Shown here in pieces: positions 50,871 to 61,352 of a stretch of DNA of 64,000 bases (position 1 is the first letter of the stretch; each line of letters opens with the position of its first letter). A program made the translations under genes and the position numbers. The notes under the pieces are model-generated. The model ran no database searches and had not been told where the DNA came from. It saw only the letters and a list, made by a program, of their open reading frames with translations. Origin of the DNA: Yuukianura sp. NJ FZ-2021 (lineage: Eukaryota); the NCBI GenBank assembly GCA_046563655.1, contig CM102289.1, forward strand, positions 2,232,001-2,296,000, written 5' to 3'.

Positions 50871-51824
50871 CTTGCCTTGGCAAATAATTCTCAACAAATA
50901 AAGCGTAAATAGCATGTAAATATAACAAACTGAACCGATATAGTACTATGCTTTTGTGTTATTCGTACTTCAAAATAATAGCAATGTCATGCCTACCTTA
51001 TAACTTTTTTTGTCACAATGTAAATTGTGTTTAATGTAACATGTATCGCAAATATAAAAATCAGTTAAATCGAATTCGTTATATTTAGCTTAAATTTAAA
51101 ACCTTGTAAAAACGCAAGAAAAGCAGCACGTCATTAAAAATTACTTCGCAAAAGGTAGTTTTTTTCTTAGTTATTTTAATATTAACTACAGTAAAATACC
51201 CTAGTAATGAAAACATGCAATGCTTCATGTCTTCATGTTTTCAAAAGTAGTTTTGCCACGTCCGTGTAAGTCCGCCACGACTTTTTTTTTATGACAAAGA
51301 CATGTCTAAACTGCCCTCCAAAATTCATAACTTTACAACACGAAATACTAACAAAATTAAATTCACAATACTTGGCTATTTAGTTTAGTCGGTTTTAATT
51401 TTTTAGAAACTTCTTCTCTTGTATTACTGCAAGGCTTCAACAACTAATATGCATTACTTTTCTGATGACGCTCTTCACCTTGAACCTAGTCTCAAAATTG
51501 TATTTGAAAGAACAGGCCAAACGAAGATATTATTTTAAACAGTCTTAAACGTTGGATTCTTTAAAAAAGGATTCCAGTTGTACCAGTGTAACAGTATTTG
51601 AATTAATGGCAACTTAAATTTCACACAAAAAACTTCAGGTCTACTTAGTTCTAGTCAAATGGTTTTTTAAGCTCTTAACAAAACCTAATTCTTGAAAAAG
51701 AATACTGTAATGAACGCGCGAATGTTGGAAGTAAAATACACTTTTAATTAACCTTTGTCTTGACTGACTTGCTACATCAACAATTGTGCTACGTGTACCG
51801 TACATACAGTGAAAAGTAATATAC

Positions 51825-51986
51825 GGTTCCATGTGATTTGGTCAGAAAGTGAAAAGATCAAAAGTGAAATGATTAGAAAAAAAAAGTTAGAAAAAGAAGG
51901 AACCTAACCAAGCCTAACCTGAGATCTTTTGAATTCTGACTTTTTCACTTCTGACCAAATATTTCTGACCATATCACCTGCTACGG
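51825..51986. mobile_element. 162 bp MITE inserted in the 3' end of a minus-strand IR gene
   Basis: Flanked by TAATATAC and TAATGTAC. Ends GGTTCCA...CCTGCTACGG, the same as element 6229-7152 in reverse orientation. Confidence 0.85.
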
Positions 51987-54294
51987 TAATGTACTGCCGC
52001 ACATTTTTGTACACAGCCCATTTTGTTTCATACAGAAACAATAAGCTACAAAAACCGAGACCACAAGCGATAAAATAAAAACACGTTCTAATATTTCCTT
52101 TTAAATTAATTTTCTTTGGCAAATTCAATAGTCTCTTTTTTTTCAAATTTTCTTTCATAATTGCATCACTTGCTGTTGGATAGCGTACAGGTTGCCATTT
52201 CTCCCACAGTTGAAATACACCAGAAGCTAAATGTTTTTGTAATTTTTTGTACACGAATTCGTCAGAGGCAGCGACAAGTTTTACTAATTCCTTGGACTGG
52301 TTTCCTTTGCGAAAGAAATTTTCAGATTCTAGGTTACGACTATTTTCATGATGGGCTAAAAACAAGTCCAGGTTAGAATCTACACCCATAAGTGCAATTT
52401 TTGTACATTGTGAAAGCATTTGGTCCAATTTGGTAAGAACAAAATTAATATCAGTTTGTTGTGCCGAATGTTGATGATATGAATATATCCACGCAACAAT
52501 AAAATCATTTGGTAAATTGTAATGAGCTCCGACTTCACTGAATTCTGATATGTTTTCTACATTTGTGGAATTTTTGACGAGGAGAACATATTTATCGCAG
52601 TATATGGTTTTGTTCACGTATGGTTGTAACAGAACCTCCGAAGTATTTCGACAAGTTTTGGGATGTGTTTGACTCATTTCCACCAGTCGTTGCAATGTTG
52701 GGTATTTTACTGCTTGAGGGTGAACGTATTTGAACGTTGGGTAGCTGTAGTTAGTACAGTTGCAAACTATTTGGGTAGCAAGTTCAGCAGAATTTAAAAA
52801 TGTAAAAGTGTATTCTGGTCCGATTTGATGAAGCGGCATGTAGAACACCCTAGTTTCAAAGTCTTGAATAAAAATAAAACCTTGTAACTGGTTCGTCATG
52901 TAGAAAGTTTGACGAATCGGCTGCGGAGCAGATAAGAATGAAACTACTTTTCCCTTGTAGGCGTTTGTTAAAACAAGAAATGCAAGAGCCCACAATCCAA
53001 CTACCGTTGGAGTGCTCTTCCGATTTGGACTTTGATGAAATTTTTGAAAAACGTCAAGTGCGTTAAATGAAATTACAAAAAGGCAGTTTACTGCATAACG
53101 TAGAAATTCTTTTATCGTTAACCCAATGTGTGTCCTAATGTAGAAAATTGTACAAACGAAAGTAACCAGAAGACCGAAGAGTGTAGCAGTAAACCAAGAG
53201 AACGTGTCAAATGGCGCCGCATAAAATTCAAACGTGAGGATTTCACTTGTGCCATCACATGTTAAGAAATTTACTGTTTCTGTGCCAATGACTAACACAA
53301 AGTTTGGAGTTGCAAGTTCAGCGCTGGAAACAATAGAACCTGCAGAAATTTCTTGCTTGACTATCAATTCTCTGTTTGAATCAATAGTTGTAAATGTGTG
53401 GGCAATGCTCGAAGGAACAAAAATTTGAACTTCGTCGAACGCTAGCAATTGCAGATACTCAACGAATGTTAGGTTCGACTTGAGTTTTGCTGGTTTAAAT
53501 GGATTCAATTGTCTTTTGGATTCAATTTTCACAAATGGTCCCGTTCTAGACTCTAAAACGGGGTAGCACTTGTTTTGTATTTGATTTTGAACTACGGGTA
53601 TCATGTTCATCACAGAAACAGAAAATAGTTGTTGGGTGTCGTTTGTTTCATAATCAAATGCTGCATTATGGTATGTAATGTCAGTAATACTTGTTGTACT
53701 ATAATAATATTTAGAATTTGTGGTAAGAGGTGCCAGTTTGGAAAAAACAAGAGGGTTTCTACTAAATGACAAAAGATCCACAAAAAATGGATATGTATTT
53801 GGCAAATCAAAATCTAAGTGATGAACTATTACACTTAAGGTAAATCTTGAAATGAAGCTGAGTATGTCGGTGAAACTTCTGTCATGATAAAAGTCAACAC
53901 AGGGTAGTTTAGGGATCGCTGGATTTTCATTGAACTTGTTTGTACCTCTGTAGTAAGGAGTTATGAAGAATATTGAAAAGTATTTTAGCTTGCTCGTCTT
54001 TATCTCAGCACCAGCCAAATGTACTGCCGCAACTTGTTCCAGTAGTTTGTATTTATGATTACAATAAGTAGTTTGCTTTGTTCTCAGGTAAAACAATTTT
54101 ACCGGAACTTCAAAGCCTGCCGTAATCTCTGGGTGTGTATCATCTCCTGCTACTAACAAATTGTCACTGTGTGGAAATTGATTTATCAGAAGATGGAGAT
54201 TGGTCACTTGGAAGGAACTGTCATTGGCTCTTGCAAAATGTACAACAAATTGCGCTAACAATGCAATCACGGTTGAAATACCAAACAGATCCAT
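51904..54294 (-). CDS. Intronless IR-like protein of a second subfamily, 796 aa (derived copy)
   Basis: Signal peptide, NFLTCDG, M3-like WALAFLVLTNAYKGKVVSFL, SGVFQLW, M4. Near-identical to 61270-63660. Confidence 0.8.
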   Translation of the reverse strand: MDLFGISTVIALLAQFVVHFARANDSSFQVTNLHLLINQFPHSDNLLVAGDDTHPEITAGFEVPVKLFYLRTKQTTYCNHKYKLLEQVAAVHLAGAEIKTSKLKYFSIFFITPYYRGTNKFNENPAIPKLPCVDFYHDRSFTDILSFISRFTLSVIVHHLDFDLPNTYPFFVDLLSFSRNPLVFSKLAPLTTNSKYYYSTTSITDITYHNAAFDYETNDTQQLFSVSVMNMIPVVQNQIQNKCYPVLESRTGPFVKIESKRQLNPFKPAKLKSNLTFVEYLQLLAFDEVQIFVPSSIAHTFTTIDSNRELIVKQEISAGSIVSSAELATPNFVLVIGTETVNFLTCDGTSEILTFEFYAAPFDTFSWFTATLFGLLVTFVCTIFYIRTHIGLTIKEFLRYAVNCLFVISFNALDVFQKFHQSPNRKSTPTVVGLWALAFLVLTNAYKGKVVSFLSAPQPIRQTFYMTNQLQGFIFIQDFETRVFYMPLHQIGPEYTFTFLNSAELATQIVCNCTNYSYPTFKYVHPQAVKYPTLQRLVEMSQTHPKTCRNTSEVLLQPYVNKTIYCDKYVLLVKNSTNVENISEFSEVGAHYNLPNDFIVAWIYSYHQHSAQQTDINFVLTKLDQMLSQCTKIALMGVDSNLDLFLAHHENSRNLESENFFRKGNQSKELVKLVAASDEFVYKKLQKHLASGVFQLWEKWQPVRYPTASDAIMKENLKKKRLLNLPKKINLKGNIRTCFYFIACGLGFCSLLFLYETKWAVYKNVRQYITVAGDMVRNIWSEVKKSEFKRSQVRLG

Positions 54295-54410
54295 CCAGAA
54301 ACAGTTTTCTAAAATGTACCAAAAAACGAACGATGAGCATGAAGCCTGGTATCATCAAAATTAAAAAACGTTGTCCAAAAAATTCGAAATTGGAAATAAC
54401 TTGCCTTTGA
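54295..54410 (+). pseudogene. Orphan 3' tail of a lost plus-strand IR gene
   Basis: RNSFLKCTKKRTMSMKPGIIKIK is homologous to the IR3 tail at 50774-50870 and is followed by a copy of the same spacer. Confidence 0.7.
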
Positions 54411-55212
54411 AAATAATTGTCAACAAATAAAACGTAAATAGCATGTAAATGTAACAAACGGAACCGATGTAGTACTATGCCTTTGAGTTTTTTGTATTCG
54501 AAATAATAGCAATGTCATGCCAAATTTATAACTTTTTTGTTACTATGTAAGTTAGGTTTAATGTAACACCTATCGCAAATACAAAAATCAGTCAAGTCGA
54601 ATTCGTTACTATATAGCTTAAAACCTTGTAAAAAGACTAGAAAAGCAGCACGTCATTAAAAATTACTTCCCAAAAGGTAGTTTTTTTCCTTACTTATTTT
54701 AATATTACTTAAAACACTCTAGAAATGAAAGCATGCAATGCTTCATGTCTTCATGTTTTCATTAGAATGTAGTTTTGCCACGTCCGTCTAAGTCCGCCAT
54801 AACATTTTTCATTACAAAGTCATGTCAACATCGCCCTCCAAAATTCATAACTTTACAACACGATATACTAACCAAATTACATTCACAATACTTGGCTTTT
54901 TAGCTTAATCGGTTTTAAATTTTTAAAAACTTCTTCTCTTTCTTTACTGCATGCCTTCTACAACTAATATACATTACTTTTCTGATGACGTTCTTCAGCT
55001 TTAAGCCAAGTGTCGAAATTGTATTCAACAGAACAGGCCAGACCAAGACATTATTTTTAAACAATCCGAAACGTTGGATTCTTTAAAAAAGGCTTCAATT
55101 GTAACAGTGTAACAGTATTCGAGTTAATGACAATTTCAATTTCACACAAAAAACTGTAGGTTCTAAAAGTTGGACTTATTTGTTGTAGTGTGAAAGCAAG
55201 GACGAAAAGGAC

Positions 55213-57786
55213 ATGGGCAATGCAACGGCTTTCAAAACGATAGTATTAGGCAGTATGCTGTTATATCTGTCTCAATTCGGCATCAAATGTGAGAAAATTC
55301 GAATATTTGCTGAAATTGATAAATTTTTGAAAGATTTTGAACACTATACAATTACATTATTATTTAAGTCATCAAGCACGGTTATACCGCAAATCACTGT
55401 TGCACCGATCATGCTCTTTGACGGATCAATTGCCAGTAATTCTGCAAGCTCTGGCTACAGAAGGCGATCGTTTTTTGATAATGTGCTGCTCTACTACTTT
55501 CCTGAGGTGATTCCGTATACTGACAGCCGTGTTGAGTTGTTCGACATAAGTCTGAATTCTGGGTTACATTTCTACACAGTTTTTGTGACAAAAAGTTCTA
55601 CACACATTGATCGACTTGAAATTTTTCCATGGCCAAATCTCAGACCCGTGTCAAGAGAATTCCTTGTTTTTGAAGTAAGTTTACTTCAAATTGAAAACCA
55701 ATTGGAAGTTTACGTTTTGCAAACAGTGGTTGGTACAGTACAAACTATTGACACGCGCACACCTTGGCCAAGATATTTGCGTTTACAAAGCATGCCAAAC
55801 TGTACGCGAATTTCAAATTTCAGTTGCCAAAAGCATCTCCATCATGACCAAACACCCTACCCTCTTCGCCCAGGTCTTTTAGTTATACATCAGGCAACTT
55901 ACGCTGAAAACAATGGTGACTACACGTATCTATTTGTTAACCGCACTGTCCAGAATCGTAGTAAATTTTATAGCGCTAAAAATTTGATTTCGCGATACCT
56001 AAAAACACCGTTTGTAAAGTATTTCCCAAACCACAGGCATTTGGCGTACACCGAATTGCTAGTAATTACAGTTTTGTCGCTTGAATGGTTTGACATTTGG
56101 TTCTACAATCATGGCAAACACATAACTAAAAAAAGTCAAGATGAATTGGGAATAATTCTTGCTGTGGATTTTGCTCAGGAATTTCCACTTTTAGATGAAA
56201 CTGGATTCGCATTTAGTGAAGATATTAATAATACACAATTTGTAACTACAGGTGAAGAGTACATGAATTTTCTTACATGCGACGGAGTTCATCAGCCACT
56301 AGCTTTTGAAATTTACATCAATCCATATGACAAGTACTCTTGGATTTGTTTTTTCGTTGTGATTCTCATTGTACTACCAGTTACTGTATTAATTATTGTA
56401 GTATTTACTTTTGAACATGGAACTGTACAGATAAAAAGTTTGACACGTATCTTGCTAGATACTGTTAGTTTTACCGTTTCAGTTGATCTGGAAATCAGTC
56501 CATCGGATGTTAATCAGCTCAACAAATTTCCTGCAATACAACGCAAAACAGTGTTTATACTGGGCATTTGGACGCTACTTTCTGTTGTGCTGGTCAATGC
56601 ATACAAAGGTGTTGTAACCTCTGATCTTGTAGCAGATAGCCCAATCACCGCCAAGTATTCCAGGATCTCACAAACGGAAAGTTTTGAATTTTATTCCGCC
56701 AAAAAATTTACGTCTACGTTCAAATCTTGGGGAAAATCTGGAGATGCAAAAGACGTTGGTTACAAAGTAGTGGATGTGAGTGACCTACACCCCTGTTTGT
56801 GCTACCCTGATATTCCTGCTTTTGCGGGACAGGTTTGTCATAGTTTATATAATCAAGGTTCGCAGCATATGCTGAACGTCTGTGAGAAAGCCTTCAGTTT
56901 GCTAAATGCAATGAACATCAGTACATATCCGACTCCAACTCCCGAATTTTGTACTTTTCAACGCGCAACGCCTTTCGTGGAAGTAGCAGCCCAGTTTTAT
57001 AGGGAGCACAAACGAGTCGACCTCACTGCCCTGAAAAGATTTATACACGACACTGACATGTGTCACATAATTCAAGCAGTCGCCAAAACTAATCACACGA
57101 TTCCCAACAGTATTTCACCGTTTCCAATTACAACCAATGCCTACCAAATACAGAAAGCAACTTCTAACCACTTTACTAAAACTCAAGAATTGACAAGGTT
57201 GCTTGACAATATGTCTGGTTGTAATAAGACGGGCTACATTGATTCCGATGTTAACCTCGAGTACATCTTACTAGTTGCAAAGAATGTATCTAAAATAAGA
57301 TACAAAGTTGCAAAAGAACAGTTGTTTCACAAATGGAAAGGGATTTCACTACGCTTGAAAAGCGTGGTGAATATCTATCAGTACAAACGGCTTCTACATC
57401 TCATGGCGCATGGGATTTACCACATTTGGGAAAAGTGGCGCAGAATCTTGTCTCCTACGGAGGAAGAACAAGTTGTAACGCGGGCAATAAAATCGCGTGC
57501 GAATGTGGAAGTTAATAAACTAACAGTGGAGACACAAGGATTGAAAACAATTTTTATTGTATGTTCTCTAAGTATCAGTTGCTGTATCGTAATTTTAGCA
57601 ATTGAAGTAGTCATAGGATACTTAACTACAATAATAAATTTCTTCTATTTTATTGGAGGGTGGCTGAGAATATTTGTAAACCGTTTTCTAAAATGTACCG
57701 GAAACCTGAAATATCCTGAAACCCTGAACATGAAGATTCGGCTCACCAAAATTAAAAATCGTTCTTCAAAAACTTCAATCTTGTAA
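55213..57786 (+). CDS. IR-like protein 4, 857 aa
   Basis: Intact paralogue of IR1. Confidence 0.8.
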   Translation: MGNATAFKTIVLGSMLLYLSQFGIKCEKIRIFAEIDKFLKDFEHYTITLLFKSSSTVIPQITVAPIMLFDGSIASNSASSGYRRRSFFDNVLLYYFPEVIPYTDSRVELFDISLNSGLHFYTVFVTKSSTHIDRLEIFPWPNLRPVSREFLVFEVSLLQIENQLEVYVLQTVVGTVQTIDTRTPWPRYLRLQSMPNCTRISNFSCQKHLHHDQTPYPLRPGLLVIHQATYAENNGDYTYLFVNRTVQNRSKFYSAKNLISRYLKTPFVKYFPNHRHLAYTELLVITVLSLEWFDIWFYNHGKHITKKSQDELGIILAVDFAQEFPLLDETGFAFSEDINNTQFVTTGEEYMNFLTCDGVHQPLAFEIYINPYDKYSWICFFVVILIVLPVTVLIIVVFTFEHGTVQIKSLTRILLDTVSFTVSVDLEISPSDVNQLNKFPAIQRKTVFILGIWTLLSVVLVNAYKGVVTSDLVADSPITAKYSRISQTESFEFYSAKKFTSTFKSWGKSGDAKDVGYKVVDVSDLHPCLCYPDIPAFAGQVCHSLYNQGSQHMLNVCEKAFSLLNAMNISTYPTPTPEFCTFQRATPFVEVAAQFYREHKRVDLTALKRFIHDTDMCHIIQAVAKTNHTIPNSISPFPITTNAYQIQKATSNHFTKTQELTRLLDNMSGCNKTGYIDSDVNLEYILLVAKNVSKIRYKVAKEQLFHKWKGISLRLKSVVNIYQYKRLLHLMAHGIYHIWEKWRRILSPTEEEQVVTRAIKSRANVEVNKLTVETQGLKTIFIVCSLSISCCIVILAIEVVIGYLTTIINFFYFIGGWLRIFVNRFLKCTGNLKYPETLNMKIRLTKIKNRSSKTSIL

Positions 57787-58474
57787 ATAACTTGCCTTTG
57801 CTATAATCGAAAGGTAAACAGCATGTAGGTATAACAAACGCAAACAATATATTATAATACAATATAATATGATATAGCATAATATAATTTATATAATCTA
57901 GCTTTAAATATGCAAGCTTGTAAAATCGCCCCAAAAAAAATAGTTGCACGTCATTAAAAAAATACCTTGTGAAAAGCAAGCATGCAATATGCTTTGCTTT
58001 ATGCCTTCAACTTTTTTTTTTAAATTGCTTTGCCACTTTCATGTATGACTTTTTATTTAAAAGTCATGTCAAAACCGCCCCTCCCAAAATTCATAACTTT
58101 ACAATACGATATACTAAAAAGAATTAAATTCACAATACGTTGCTTCTTAGCTTATATTGGTTTTTAAATTTTTAGCAACGTCTTCTTTTTCTTCAAGCTA
58201 AGCTTCAAAAACTAATATGCATTCCTTTTTTCATGACCTTCTTCAGTTTTTAAGTCAAGTGTAGAAATTTTATTTGGCAGAACACGCCATACCTAAACGT
58301 TGTTTAACCATTGTATTTAAAGGCTGTATTTTTTTTTTAAAATAATCCAGTTGTATATTTAACAGTAAAGAATATTTGAGTTACTATTTGTAATTTCAAC
58401 TGGATAAAAAAAGAGAAGTTCTAACAGTTGGCTTTATTTGTTGTACTTTGAAAGTAAGAAGAAAACCCAATACG

Positions 58475-60780
58475 ATGTTTCTCAAAACGATAGTATTAGG
58501 TAACATTCTGTTATATCATTTGTGTGTCAACGGTGAAGAGACTCGAATGTTTGCTGAAATTGATACATTTTTGAAAGATTTCAAACACTACTCAATTACG
58601 TTATTGTTTAAGTCATCATGCACAGTTATACCTCAAATAACTTTTGCGCCCATCATGCTCTTTGACGGATCAATTGTTTCTCGTTCTACGAGTTCGGGGT
58701 TCCGACGGCTCTCGTTTTTTGAAAATGTTTTGTTCTACTACTTTGCTGATGTGATTCCGTATACCGTCAGTCGTGTTGATTTATACGATCAAAGTCTTAA
58801 TTCAGGGGAATATTTCTACACAGTTTTTGTGACTAAATATGCTCCGAACATTGATCGAATGCAAATTTTTCCAGGGTACAGAAAAAGTAAACCCGTATCA
58901 ACTGTGTTCCTTGTTTTTGAAGTCAGTTTAGTTCGAATTGAAAACCAAATGGAAGTCTATGTTCTGCAAAAAGTAGTCGGTACTGTACAAACTATTGACT
59001 TGGACAGACCTTGGCCAAGGTTTTTGCGTTTACAAAGCATGCCAAACTGTACGCGAATTTCAAATTTCAGCTGTCGAAAAGAGCTTCACTACAACCAAAC
59101 ACCATACCCACTCCGCCCAGGCCTTCTAGTTATAGAAGGCGTTGCTTGGGGTAGAAATGGAAACGGAGACACGTCGTATCTATTTGTGAATCGCGCTGTC
59201 CAGAATAAGAGTGGATTTCATAGCGCTAAAAATTTGATTTCCCGCTACTTGAAAAAACCGTTCAAAAAGTATTTCGAAAAGCGCGAGGGAAACGAATTGC
59301 TCGTAATTACAGTTTTGTCGCTTGAGTGGTTTGACATTTGGTTCTACGATCATGGCTCAAACATAGCTGATAAAAGTCAAGATGACTTAGGAATAGCTCT
59401 GAAGAATTTAGCTGTCGACTTTCTACTTTTAGATGAAACTGGATTTGCATTTAATGAATATAATAATAATACACTATTTATAACTACAGGTGAAGAGTAC
59501 ATGAATTTTCTTACATGCGACGGAGTTCACCAACCACTAGCTTTTGAAATTTACATCAATCCGTATGACATGTACTCTTGGATTTGTTTTTTCGTTGTGA
59601 TTCTCATTGTACTACCAGTTACTGTATTAATTATTGTAGTATTTACTTTTGAAGATGACACAGTGCAGATAAAAAGTTTGACACGCATCTTGTTAGATAC
59701 TGTTAGTTTTACTGTTTCAGTTGATCTGGAAATCAGTCCATCAAATGTTAATCAGCTAAACAAATTTCTTACAATACAACGGAAAACAGCGTTTATACTG
59801 GGCATTTGGACGCTACTTTCAGTTGTACTGGTCAATGCATACAAAGGTGTTGTCACCTCTGATCTAGTTGCAGAAAGCCCAATCACCGGCAAATATGTAA
59901 GGATCTCGCAAACAGATAGTTTTGAATTTTATTCCGACGAAAAATTTACATCCACGTTGAAATCTTGGGCAGAATCTGGAGATGCAGCGGCCGTTGGCGA
60001 CAAAGTAGTAGAAATGAGTATCCTACACGGATGTATGTGTTACCCTGACATTCCTCAAATTGCAGGACGGTTATGTCATAGTAGACTCCCTGGAATAATG
60101 GAGGGTTATTGGGATGAACGGTGTGACAAGGCTTTTCGTTTACTAAATAAAACGAACTTCAATACATATCCGGTTCCAACAGAGCATACCAGATACAAAA
60201 AGCAACATCAACCTGCTCCACTAAAACGGAAACAATGAAAAGACTACATGACAATATGTCTGGTTGCAACACGACTGCCTACATTCATTCCATCCAATAT
60301 TACCCTGGACTATATGCTTTAAGTTGCAAAGAATTTCTCTAAAATACGATACAAACTAGCAGAAGAACGTTTGTTTTATAAATGCAAAGGGCTCACACTA
60401 CGTTGTGGTGGCGTGGTGCATGTTTACCAGTACAAAAGGCTACTACATCTTATGGCGAATGGGATTTATCATATTTGGGAAAAATGGCGCCAAATGTTGT
60501 CGCCTTTCGGAGGAAGAAAACTTTGTAAGGCGAGCAATAAAGTGGAGTACGCATGTGGAAGCCAATAGCCTGACAGTAGAAACACAAGAATTGAAAACTA
60601 TTTTCATTGTGTGTTCAACAAGTATCAGTTTCTGTATTGTAATTTTATTAAGTGAAATAGTTGTAGCATACTTAACTAAAATAATAAACTTCTTCTATTT
60701 TATTGGACTTTGCCGAGGAAATATGTGAACATTTCTCTACTCTGCACCAAGAAGCGAATGATGAACAGGCGGATTTAATA
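58475..60780 (+). pseudogene. IR-like 5 pseudogene
   Basis: Deletion of roughly 200 bp near 60180 with a frameshift, then further indels and a stop (ATG CTT TAA near 60320; frameshift near 60500). Confidence 0.8.
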
Positions 60781-61205
60781 AATATAATATTAAAAAAAAC
60801 AACTTCTGTACTGACGGACATACTTGTATAATATAATTGTAAATAGTTTGTATTTATTGATAAAATTAAATAAAATTTAAATATAATGAACTAATGCTAT
60901 ACAATAATACTATATGCTTTTGTGTTACAAAGTTGAATCATTACATTTAGCTAAATTTGGAAACCTTATTTGTACTATGCAATAGTATTGTAGTTTTTGT
61001 TTTGTAAAATACAGTGCATGTCTACTTAGTTCTAGTCAAATGGTTTTTTAAGCTCTTAACAAAACCTAATTCTTGAAAAAGAATACTGTAATGAACGCGC
61101 AAATGTTGGAAGTAAAATACACTTTTAATTAACCTTTGTCTTGACTGACTTGCTACATCAACAATTCTGCTACGTGTACCGTACATACAGTGAAAAGTAA
61201 TATAC

Positions 61206-61352
61206 GGTTCCATGTGATTTGGTCAGAAAGTGAAATGATTAGAAAAAAAAAGTTAGAAAAGGAAGGAACCTAACCAAGCCTAACCTGAAATCTTTTGAAT
61301 ACTGACTTTTTCACTTCTGACCAAATATTTCTGACCATATTACCTGCTACGG
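61206..61352. mobile_element. MITE copy (147 bp, 15 bp internal deletion) in the 3' end of the second minus-strand IR
   Basis: Same insertion point and flanks as 51825-51986. Confidence 0.85.

Noticed and set aside
51790..51980. The MITE being spliced out to restore the ancestral IR tail
   Set aside because: The donor in the element (CAG|GT) is phase 1, while the first AG beyond the element is phase 2 for the old frame and leads quickly to a stop.
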